From contig DF236972.1 in the NCBI GenBank assembly GCA_000708835.1, positions 124,001 through 188,000 of the forward strand: a DNA stretch of 64,000 nt, given 5' to 3'. Positions 37,701 to 48,395 of this stretch are shown piece by piece. A program made the position numbers and the translations under genes. Source of the DNA: Klebsormidium nitens. Lineage: Eukaryota > Plantae > Klebsormidiophyceae. The notes below the pieces were generated by a model. That model was not told the origin of the DNA, searched no databases, and worked only from the letters and a program-made list of their open reading frames with translations. Each line of letters begins with the position of its first letter. Positions within the stretch are counted from its first letter, which is position 1.

Positions 37701-40243
37701 GTTCCGAGCATTGATGGAGTCTTGGCAGCTCGAGGAGTAGCGGGGATGGGGACACTCTTGGTCGCTGCAAGCGAAGCCTAAAAGTCAGCACTCTGTAGGC
37801 GTTCAAAGTCGCTACTTTTTCGCAACGTTCAGCTCTCAATACCACGTGCGACTCTCTCAGCATTTTGCCCGTTCAGGGGCTCGCACATCCATGAGCCGAA
37901 ACGCGCAGAGTTCGCTTTCGACCTCGCACTTCGCCGGAACAGCAGTCCGGTTTCGACTTCTCAAGTCGGGGGCACTTTCCAGTTCCGTCAACTGCAAAGC
38001 ACTTGTTTTTTGTTCAGGTCACGTACCATGGTTATGATGGATTTTCAATGTTCACAGTGCCTCCAGTTGACTGCCCCGTAATCCTACATTCAGAGGTCTA
38101 GGTAAGTGACTCAGTTGCTAGAAAACCTTGCTCCCCAGTTCCCTGAATTCGCTCGTCTTGAAAAAGCTGCCACGGAAACTTGCTTACCGGATTCCTTTGG
38201 AAGCGAGATGCTTCTCTGCTGCACGGCCCTGCTGCCGCCCGATGCCAGAACAGACGCCGGTGACGTCCCGGGGGAGGGAGTGCTCGAGGGGGACACGTGG
38301 GAGAACGTGGGGCTCGTACCCGCCAACACCTCCTGCAAAGAACGGGGAAACCCGGGCCGCTCAAAAACTTGGTGTCAAAAGTTGCAGACCGGAAGCAGTC
38401 TCTGAAACTCCTGTTCCCAAATGGTCCCTTTTAACACATGGTTTGTTCTATGCATGGCTGTCGATTATGGGGTCCTACTTTCTGGTCCGGTGTAATCCAT
38501 GATTCTGCCCTAGGTCGAAATCTTTGCGGGCAGAAAAGCTCATCTCGACACGGCTGCGACTCATTGAGGATCGACTATTGTTGGATTCCCCTTGCCGCTC
38601 TTGCTGACCGTTGAACATGCCTCTTTATGTTCAACGGCCAGGCTGCTTAAAGAGATTCAGCAGACTCGACCATTTTTGGGGATCCCCTCACCGAAGGTCG
38701 AAGCGGCCCGCTCTTGCACCTCCGGTTGTGGAGCACCGGCGGCGGGGGGCTCATTTCGGGCGCGCCTAGTTCCCCTGCCATGAACAACGGCCTTGCGGTG
38801 CGGGATGAAGGAAGAGAGGACTTCTGGAAGTCTGGCGCTCCAGCAGGAACGTCTTCCAAGTTTTTTGCTGCTTCTAATGTTACAAAGTCGAGGATCTCGC
38901 TCGCCGCCACGGCGTCGCTGAAACCAAGCCCCCGGTAGGTGCCATTCTGCGGAGAAAGAACGGGAAAACTTTGCAAAAGAGCTTGGTTTGCTTTTGTATG
39001 TTTCTTTTTCAAAGATGGTTCCTACGATTGTCCATCTTTCCAATATCCGAGGGTTCCCAGTCCGTGGTCTTAAGGCCACCAAATAGCTTTTGATGGATCC
39101 TTGAACCAACGATGAGACATACAAAATGACGAAACTGATATCTTGGGCCTGTCAGGCTAACAGAATGGGCGGTTTTTATTTCCACAAACCAGCTGACACA
39201 ACTAAAGGGAGACAAGTCCAAGAAGCATTTGAGTTCTAGGCATGTGTGTGACTATAGATCGCAAAGACCCCGAGCCACTTCCAGTTGTTCCCTCCCTTGT
39301 CTAATTCGACAACGGGCCCTTCTTAAAAGGTCAGGCCAACGAGTTCGGAGTTGGCTGTTCGCACCTCTTGTTTGATGACGTGGAAGCGTTCTGACAGCTT
39401 GAAATATGCCGATGCTGGCCGAGTTGTCTGGAACAAGACCTGGCCATCCTGCAGATAGAAGAAAAGAATGAGGCTCAACCTTTCTGCATCTTGGACCTGA
39501 TCTGGGGGCTTCGGAAAACAATGCTCTTCGGTTAAGCCGGAATCGGGCCAGCATACTAGCCGGTCCCATCGCTTAAAGGGCAAGCTTCTTGTGTTACTTG
39601 TCAATCACACGTTTTCCTTTTGACGAAGAACTGCTGATACAAAGGAAGGCCCCAAAGTAACCCGCCTCCTTGTTCAAAGGCTGCAATTGATTCTCAGAGT
39701 ATCCAACTGTTGTAAGACGCTTTGACCTCAGAAGGATGATGCTTGCAGTAAAGCCATCAGTAAAGCTTTCAATCAAGTTAAGAAGGATCAATGTAGAACG
39801 ACTTCTATGACTCACTCCTCTGTAAGGAAAGATCCAGCGTGAAGCTTGGCAATCTGAGATGTGAGATCTTTACTCAGCTTCTGCTTAACCAGCACATTCG
39901 AGTCAAAAAGTTGTTCAACCGCCTTCAAAAAGTTGCTCTACCGCCTTCAGAAAGTTGCATTACCTGAAGTTACGCCGCTCCCTTACACAAACCCTGTCGA
40001 ACGACAATTCACAGGGAACAAAGTGTTCCTAGTAAACGTTCCAGACGCATTTCAGGTACTGACCAGGAGGTCATGGAGTTGGCACACAAGAAGCGCGCCT
40101 GCCGCATCTTGGATTTGCAGCTCCCCAATGGCTGGGCAAAGTCGCCAGGGACCTGCGACGATCGCCTCAAAAAGGGTGACGGGACACCGGGCCTGCAACA
40201 TTGAGCAACAGGTCTGTAGAACTTCAGTTTCTACAAGCGGCAT
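34754..40243 (-). CDS. EVH1/WH1-like domain + CRIB motif + Pro-rich protein (WASP-like architecture, no VCA), about 370 aa
   Basis: Phase-consistent exons (minus): 40064-40243, 39365-39448, 38692-38946, 38188-38332, 36787-36864, 36200-36306, 35597-35705, 34754-34911. Spliced product contains VTLFEAIVAGPWRLCPAIGELQIQD...QLHDLLDGQVLFQ...YFKLSERFHVIKQENGTYRGLGFSDAVAASEILDFV (WH1/EVH1 pattern), basic KTVKAKLHRILS, CRIB DIGYPYNVQHEGHIGW, then PTPPA and PPPTPPPEY. Start codon tentative; an upstream exon near 40900-41040 is possible. Confidence 0.72.
37163..37242 (+). pseudogene. Degenerate tRNA-derived sequence (tRNA-Ala-like; possible SINE head) in an intron
   Basis: A-box-like TGACCTAGTGG, then GCGCTCGCTTTG (as recalled in plant tRNA-Ala(UGC)), then GAGG..GGTTCGATTC B-box. 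Acceptor and T stems do not pair, so it is not a functional tRNA. Confidence 0.35.
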
Positions 40244-42647
40244 CACTATACCCGCTTTGAAGCTTTCAGTCTCGGAGAGCGTTCAACGGCTACAAACCAG
40301 CTAGATCGAGTCTGTTCTATGAAGGCGACACATCAATGTAAGTGAAGCTTGCTTTCACACGTCTCCTGAAGTCACTGGTCTCCTGAGGTCACATAATGTC
40401 CCCCATGATGTTACAACGTTGCAAGCACATCTGTGGACTTAATGCACAGGAGGTTGACTGTTTTGCTCCAATGTGGCCCACGAGGCTGGTCAAATCATGC
40501 GGGTGAAAATCAACAAGGGGCTTACCACTCTTGTTGACCTCATACTGATCATCTCAGGAGGACAGGTCGCCCATTGCATAGACCATCAGAAGCCCATTTG
40601 TGCTCCAAAGTGTGCAATGTTCAGATGAGGGGCACTCCCTGCTTTCATCGCAGGGGTGCATCATGAAACCCTAACCGGAGGCTGTAAATTACAAAGCATG
40701 CTGATTTCCGATTTGAGCTTGTTCAAAAGGGAGATTTCATGTCTGGACGGTCACATTTAACTTCCGGCCCGCTCAATCAAAGTCACTAAAATGCAATCGC
40801 AGTCGCTGCGTTCAACCAATTCGTCAACCGATTGCAGTGTGCAAAGCTTGCTCTCTTCGCACAACGTCTTCCAGCTCAGGCATTCCAGCCTTTCTCATAG
40901 AAACGGCCGCCTCGCACAAAGTTGCTGGAGATCATCGCAGACAATCTGCTCAGGACTGCGTCCCATGAAATAAGCTCCCTCGTGCTTTGCTGAGCTTGCT
41001 GAGCTGCCCTGGCAACTGCAGTTTTGACATCTGGGACCATCTGCACCAAATGCGGCCCACGAGTTCCTAATCGACGGCTGGTGTTGGCCAAGCTGTCATG
41101 TCACACTCACTCCATGCGGACGCCCCTGTTATGCGGACGCCCCTGTCATGTCCCACACAGTGAGTCACGACGGTTGAACTTAGAGGCGGCGGCCGCCCGG
41201 GCCCAGCGGGCCGCCGCCGTTGGACATTCGTGATTCAATGAAGCCTAGCTATCATAGCCCTACTCCGTGGCAGATTTTGGAAATTGTCATCGAGTCGGAC
41301 TCAAACCCTGAAACCCGGTCCGGGCTCCAAACGCGTCGGACCGGGCGGCGCGGCGCCATATGGCAAACACATCGCGGCCGCCTCCTCAAATGTGACGCGC
41401 GACGTGTGAGCGTGGCCCATAAATACCGCCCTCATCCTACTAGTATCTTGAACCTTGATAGGATACGAGCTAGCTGCAAAGCACCCATCAAGACTTGCAA
41501 AGATTGCATGCGAGCAGCAAAAGCTCCGCGCCGTTTCTTGGTGCTTAATATGAATTCGTACGTCAGTGGACGGATGGATGGGCGCCTCAGCTTCATGAAG
41601 TAAAGAAGTTGAGAGTCGACTATGGGGACCAAGCAATGTGATCGCGTACTTGAGAACGTGGAATCCACCAGGACTTCACCTGGTTTTGCAAGAGGCGTGT
41701 TGTCAACATTCAGACTAGCATCGGATTCATCAAGCAGATTACATGCACGTCGCAAGTCCGCGGTTTGAATGTTTGGATAAGTTAATAAGTCTGAATCCGC
41801 AGCCGTGTGGAAGGCCTTGAACAGAATGGACCTGCTCGGTCAAGATCATGGCGAGGTCTGGAAAGGCCCGTCCAAGCATATTTCAGCATTGCTGCACGTC
41901 GTTTAGTACATGACAGGTGGCCGACAGGGTATTGTGGTATCTTCAACTTGAGACCGGACTTTGCACTAAGCGGGAATAGCAAGCCTCCAAAACCTAGCGG
42001 AGCATACTCCAAGTTTTTCGAGCACTCTCCAGTACAAGCTTTTGCCGCAGCTGCAATTCAAGTTGCAGCGGTGAGGGTCTCCCTTGAAGGCGCAAGTACC
42101 CGAAATGCTCGACAAAGGAAGAAGGTCAGCCCTTTTCCAAATGCGCGTCATTCAAGTTCTGTGAAAGCTGATAGTCGCAATCAGAGCAGATGAAGAGCAA
42201 CTGCACGCGGAGCGTGACAAGTAAAGTGCGACAGCGCACAATCCGAAAAAGACAAGCCGTCTAACCCTCGTTGTTCACTTGCGCGCGTATACATTGGCAT
42301 ATGATTTTGACCAAGGGCCAAACGACATTCATAGTCGCTTCAAGTGAGGCAGCTTTCCTTCAAACAGAACATGAACACGCCAAAAAGCAATAAGATGGAC
42401 AGACCATCCAGCCGCGTACTGACGTAGCCGACTTTCCTGGCTGGTGTGGCAGTCGATATGCGGCTGCTTGATTGACGCTTAGATGGCATTTCATTAGACA
42501 CCTCTCAAGCAGCAGGACTCGACGAAGTCGTATCAACTGGCTATAGCAATTGTTACGTGAACCACGGGACTTGGTTTTCAATTTTGTCCCTCTTTCGATT
42601 GTTCTTCATCGAAGCGATCTACTTGTTCGCTTAACAGAGAAAGAGCC

Positions 42648-45346
42648 TCACACTAACAGACAGTCATGAATAAAGAACCAGACTATCAATAAAAAGACGC
42701 CGGCTATTAAGCCTACGATCGCACCGCCCACGGGCAGGAGACCTAGAAACGCAGTTGCGAACAGCGCATCTGACAACCCGTGATGATGCTCCTTTACCCT
42801 GGCTGCGAATACCAAGGGTATCACGAAGCCCGCCAGAAAGCCCAAGACGATCAAGATTCCCAACAAGGTTGTCATGACATTTTCGGCAATCGGGCCACCA
42901 GGGAAGGGGGGAGGAGCGTTGTTTCCGGCGACCGCCTGACCCGGGCCTTGGGCTGCAAGCGCGCCCCCCTGGTTTTCATGGACCTCCAATTCCTTGTCTT
43001 CCAGAGGTGGTTCCATGGTTTTCAGCTTGTCTATCAGGGCCCGCCGCTCTGGACTGGAGCTTATCTCAGCGCAGCTCTCCAGCTCTTCTCTAATGAAAGA
43101 CCGGTTGATGCGCCAAAACTCGAGCAACTCAAGGAGGGCCGCAAAGGCTCCCCACCGGTCCCGACTCGCGGATCGAAACCACTGGAGGCAGACTTTACAG
43201 AGCTCCTCCTCGTACTCGTCGCTTCCCCGAAGCTTGAGAACGAGTCGTCTGATGGTGAGCTCATCCATTTCGCAAACGGTCTCTGCGCCCGCTATCTCCT
43301 CGAACGACCAGTCCGTAAAGTTAGATACAGTATCGATCAGCGCCCGGACTGCCTCGCACCGCTTCACAGGCTCCGGCAGGCTGACGTACATGACTGCGTC
43401 AGCGAGCGTTGTGGGGGTTGACGTCAGCGTCTCGACGCACGTTTGGACGCACGCCGGCGTCTCGAAGCGGTCCGCAACGGTCACCAGCCAGCAGAGTTCT
43501 TCCTTATCTGAGCGAACCGTCGCGCTGATCTTGTGAGTGTACATGAACTCGACCAGAGCGTTGAAGCTCTGTGCATCTGCACAAGGGCGTCGAAATAATG
43601 AACAATTGTACGGTGAGGAAATGAAAGCAAAATAAAGACGTGTTATTGACAAAAACAGGGGGTAGATTATTGGGCGTGTCACATCCTGCGATCACCAAGC
43701 ACCGAAGCAGACGATCCAGTTATATGGAACGATTGGTGGAGTCGTGCTCTGCTGGTGAATGCAAAAGGACGTTTCCAATAGATTAACCTATGCCGTCAAG
43801 TCATTTTCAGAAACAGCTAGTGTTATGAAAAGAAGAGAATTACGGCTCGCCTAATAGCTTCTTCGAATATCAAGGCATGTTCCTCGTATTCTTGCGTCTT
43901 GACACATGGACCAAGAGTGAGAAGGTTTGCTTTCTGATGAGGACCGCTCACCTCTTGGCGAAAGTGTAACCACGATCGGTTGCTCCTTCGAGGCGGTGCT
44001 CTCTTGAAGGCCTGACGTCAGCATCCGCATGAAATACGTCGAATAGGCAGCAATGACAATGCTGCTGACGGGGATGTCGTACGACGAGCCTGATGCACAA
44101 GCAATTCTTCCAGAAGTTAGTGGAGCCTGAATAGACCGTGAGTCAGCACGCCCAAGTGGTACACGTCCAATTTACAGGCACGTGTCACATGGAGCAATTG
44201 ACCACGTCAACACCTGTCACCCTTCTGCAGCATTTGATTTTCGAGAGCGAAATTTGCAAACCCGTCAACTCGCGACCCGCAAAGGCTAAGCAGAGGGAGG
44301 TGCTGTGGAGCCGTCCTGTGACGTCATACGGAGGCGCCCCCTGCAGACCGTCTATGCCAGTGAAATTATCAATTTGCAGAAGCAAAGTAACTACGACAGT
44401 CTCGAAAAGCAGAGAACAATTCGTAAGCAAGACTCCGTTGAAAGGAAATCAGGCATCATCCAATTTATCGTTCCGAATTGCAGAATGGAGTTGACGGCCC
44501 AAGTCACACCTGGTAGGAGTTGAAAGTTGATCTGAAAGTGGGAAGTTTGACAAGCTTCCTCCTTCACAAATCCGGTTTCAAGGGTCCTTATGGATGATCC
44601 GATACAGACTGGAACATGATGCAGAGACTTTCTTTCAGTGGAGAAAGCTCTACAAGGAGAATAGGCATGATCCTCAAATCTGCACGCAATCTTGCTCTAA
44701 GGCCGCCTTAAATGCGTGATTAAGACACCCCCTAAAGCAACTCTCCTACAAGGTATTCTTACCTGATGTACCAGTCTCCGATTTCTGATGCTTTGCAAAC
44801 CTGACTGGTGGCCGCTCCTCCACAGCAGTCACCTCAAAAAGCTCGCCTGTTAGACCCTTAAGGCTGTAATGGAAGGGGGCGAAACATGCCGTGCACCTTG
44901 CTTTTGTTTACTGATGTCCATAAGTATTTTTGCTGAACAAACCGGATCAGGATTATCGTTTGACTCAACAACTATGTTCGCTTACCTTGGCTGTCTTCGT
45001 CTTCTTCCGTGTCTTCATTTCTTGCAACTGGCTGCATCTCCAGGTCGACTGCATGGTCTTCGCATCTAGAGTTGGACAGCTCTTGTGAAGCAACAAAATC
45101 TGAACCATGAGACTGTTCAGTCCGAGTTGTAGCTACTTCTGGCTGTCGAAGAGCACCTCCTCCTTCCAGAGGATCTCTTTGAACATGCACCCGGATAACT
45201 CTGTCGCTGAATTGTTTCAGATCTGAGCGGTAGCCAAACGTCATGTGCACAGACAAGCCCGCGCCTGAATCCTTCCGCTCTTGAAGCTGCGGGTGCTGCT
45301 CTTCCGAGCCGGTGGTGGAGTCCATTTTTTGTGCTGTTCCTGCCAA
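42648..45346 (-). CDS. BTB/POZ-BACK protein (POB/LRB-like), copy 2, with a hydrophobic multi-helix C-terminus
   Basis: Exons 44986-45346, 43952-44089, 42648-43576. Same intron positions and phases as copy 1. C-terminal hydrophobic stretches TLLGILIVLGFLAGFVIPLVFA, LFATAFLGLLPVGGAIVGLIAG, VFLLIVWFFI. Confidence 0.9.
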
Positions 45347-46278
45347 CTTCTTTGAGAGCGGGACTACCTCAGGCTCCGGCTCCTGAAAATCAGTGCTCTA
45401 AATTTCCCTGTATTGTAGATTCTGCAGCTTTGTGTCTCGGCCTGTGATGCCCTTCGAGTGACGCGTCCGCGGCCGCTGCCGCGCCAGAGCGGACGATCTC
45501 GGATGGTAAACTCCGCCAAAACCTCGCGCGACCGCCGGCCGCGGTCCCGCGCCCGCCTGAATGATTACATGTTACCTATCAGAGAAGAGAGGATCTAATC
45601 GATCCATGTGCAGTAAGTCGGGGTGCAGTAAGGCGTATAAGCTGGGCATTGGAGCAACGCGCAACCTCGAGTCTTGTCGGAACCTCACAAGCGCGCTAGG
45701 CCGAGGTTAAGTGCAGACATATACGAGTGTTGAAGTCGAAAATTTCATGATTCAAATTGAGTGACAACTCAATGGAACACTCAAGAGGTTCATCTACTAG
45801 CCTCCAGCGCTGAATCGAGCAAGGCCGGTGCATTGATGCGCTCATGTACTGATCCGCATTCGAATCAAATCATGATATTTGATTCCACCGCCCATGAAGA
45901 CCTGAGGCGTCTGTCGCTGTTCCCATGTGTAGATATACTGCATGAGCTTGGTACACTTTTTGCCGCGCGCTCAGATGAGTAACGACCATCGACGGATGAC
46001 GTGACGAACAAACGGTTTGAACGGGGCGGCTACTATGATGTATCCATTCTTGGATTCTTTATATGCTAGCACACGTTCCATGCACAATCACCGCCCCGGT
46101 CGCGTCAGCAAACTCAATTACTTGCGCTCAATCCCCGTTCGAAGTCGATTTTCCTTGTAGAACGCAGAAGAACCCCTCACACTCGCTTTATGTTCGTACA
46201 TTTGCAGAAAGTTCTCAGGAACTAGGCTTTTCTAGGGTCATATGCACAACCTACGATCACTCCTCGCCCATCAGCTTC

Positions 46279-48395
46279 CTACCTTGCGCCCGGTGCAGGC
46301 ACGTTCTGTTCGCCCTTCGGAGCCGGAACGTCTAGGTAAGTAAGCTCGGGCGGAAGCACACCGGACACGCAGCCCTCGTTTGAAGTGCCCAGAGCGAGCG
46401 CTTGAGAGACTGGTAGAGTACCGTTAACAGCTCTGATCTGATCCTGAGGCAGGGAGAAAGTGGTCGCTACCACTTCGGAGGGGAGATCGAAGAGAGCCCG
46501 GGACTGGATCTGCGGGGGGGGCCGTGGAGAAAGGCATGATTTGACTTTTACTAGATATAGAATTGCTTGAAAAGGTAAGCGCCCTCATTCAAAGATGCGC
46601 CCGGCGCCTTCGCGTTGAGACGAGCGCGCTTGAAATGCCTGCAGCTCTCGCAAAATGCTCAGGAGCTCAGCCCGCAGCGTGCCAGAGGGATCTTTCACAA
46701 TCAAAGCGAATTGCGGTCACATGAGATCGATCAAGAAGCCTTCACAATTTTCGCCCTAAATATCAAAATAATCAGGAGGTTCTGCGGTCAGAAATGCGAT
46801 TCGGGTAGCCAGCAAGCCGGGGGCATCGCACGTGCGTTGCACAAAAGGGCAGACGTTCGCAAGACTCCTCAAAGCCAACTCAAGCAAGTGCGACCCTTTC
46901 CAATGGTAGAATCGCCAGATCGACGGCTGCAATGCTGCCACGTGTACTCACAATGACGCCCGGGTTTTGGCTGTTGAGCGCGGAGATGGAGGTAACGTTA
47001 GTCGTGGCGAAGCTCTGTATGAAGTGCAGCATGCCCCGAGGAAAGACCGTCATCTCGCCCTCCCGCAGCATGTTCAGGTGGGCGGTCTCTGGTAAGAGGG
47101 TTAAAACAAGAGTAACGGGTTAGCAGCTGGGAAGGGGGTTAAAATAAGAGTGACCGGGTTAGCAGCCTGGACACGTCACAAAGTCGAGGTGGGCGGTGAC
47201 TGGATCGCCCCAGGGAAAGACCGTCATCTTCCCCTCCCGCAAAATGGTCAGGTGGGCGGTGTCTGGGAAGAGGGTTCAAGTAAAAGTAACCGGGTTAGTA
47301 GCTGGACACGTCACAAAGTCAAGGTGGGCGGTGACTGAATTGCGCAGGGGAAAACCGTCATCTCACCCTCCCGCAAAATGGCCAGGTGGGCGGTGTCTGA
47401 ACAATTGGAGCAAAGAGATTTGGGATTCTCTTAGTATCTTAGTTGCTTCGAATTTCAGGCCTGGAGTCGAATTTAAGCCGACGTTTTGTTAGAGTTTTAT
47501 ATATCAACTGTCGCAGAGCTTGCCAAGCTCCCACAGTAAGGGGGAATCAAGGGGGAACCCAAGTGCAGACAGTTTCACGGTTCGACTTGACAAGATTGCG
47601 ATGGTTCGGCGGGATCTGTGAAGTCAGCATGCACTGAGGTACACTTTCCGCATGGATGACGTCAGCAAGGGCGGCCGCGGATGCGGGCCGCGTGGCCGCA
47701 ACTCACGGTTGGTGTCGACGAAGCCGACCAGGACGGGCCCCCCGCTTATGACGTATAAGATCTCGGTCGCGCGCGGGTGGGTGTGCGGCAGATTCTGGCC
47801 GCACGGACGCATGTTGAATAGCGTATAAGAGATGCCCTGCGACCTGCGAGCAATAGGGACAACGGGTTGACTGAAAACGGTGTGAATTCTTATTGGTGCG
47901 CTGCAGGTTTGTCCCCGTTTCTCCTTGATTGCCAGTCCGCGTTTCTTCTCAGTTGACGGTCAGTCTTTAGGAGAAATGATCGAAGAGGCCCTTGCAAAAA
48001 TCCAAGGGAAAGCTCGGACACGACTGTCCGAAGATGCCTGCCGAGACTGATCGAACGAAAACTCATTTATCAATGGGAAAGACAATGACCTCGAATCGGA
48101 TAGGCGGCATCGAGGCAAGCTTTTGATGCTCATTAGTCGCCTACCTTAGCGCCGGGAAGTTCGCAGACGTTGCTCTGGTGTTGTTCCCCCCTGGGCCTTG
48201 CGCCGCATTGGCCGCATGCAGGAGATCAAACTTGAAATACGCTTCCGGCGGAGCGTAGTTGGAAGGCACTTCCGGCGGATCAAAGTCTCTGAGGGGGTCC
48301 GGATCGGCGGCTGAGACGCAGCCCGCGAGGGAGGCAACTAGAGCGGCGGCCAGGAGGAAGTGGGCGGCGCGGGGGCGCTGCTTAGCGGACTCCAT
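46279..48395 (-). CDS. Secreted germin-like / spherulin-like cupin, copy 2
   Basis: Exons 48145-48395, 47707-47843, 46952-47088, 46279-46509 (identical lengths to copy 1: 251, 137, 137, 231 nt). RPCGQNLPHTHPRATE, PRGMLHFIQ, SALNSQNPG. Confidence 0.93.
47205..47400 (-). repeat. Intronic tandem copies of the acceptor and 5' part of cupin copy 2 exon 3
   Basis: Two units reading cag|ACACCGCCCACCTG(A/G)CCATTTTGCGGGAGGG..AGATGACGGT.TT.CCC upstream of the true acceptor at 47088. Confidence 0.9.

Noticed and set aside
39816-39819. Apparent 4-nt microexon (ttacag|AGGA|gtgagt) in the WH1-CRIB gene
   Set aside because: The flanking exons already join in frame and give the best WH1 alignment; inclusion would frameshift. 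At most a poison exon, with no supporting evidence.
41432-41755. ORF with LAKPGEVLV and AARMQS, reminiscent of class III nucleotide cyclase motifs
   Set aside because: The motifs are in the wrong order and no other cyclase features are present.
42780-43536. Plus-strand ORFs of 213 and 180 aa, and similar antisense ORFs at 32625-33023 and 59432-60808
   Set aside because: Antisense shadows of real BTB and large-gene exons.
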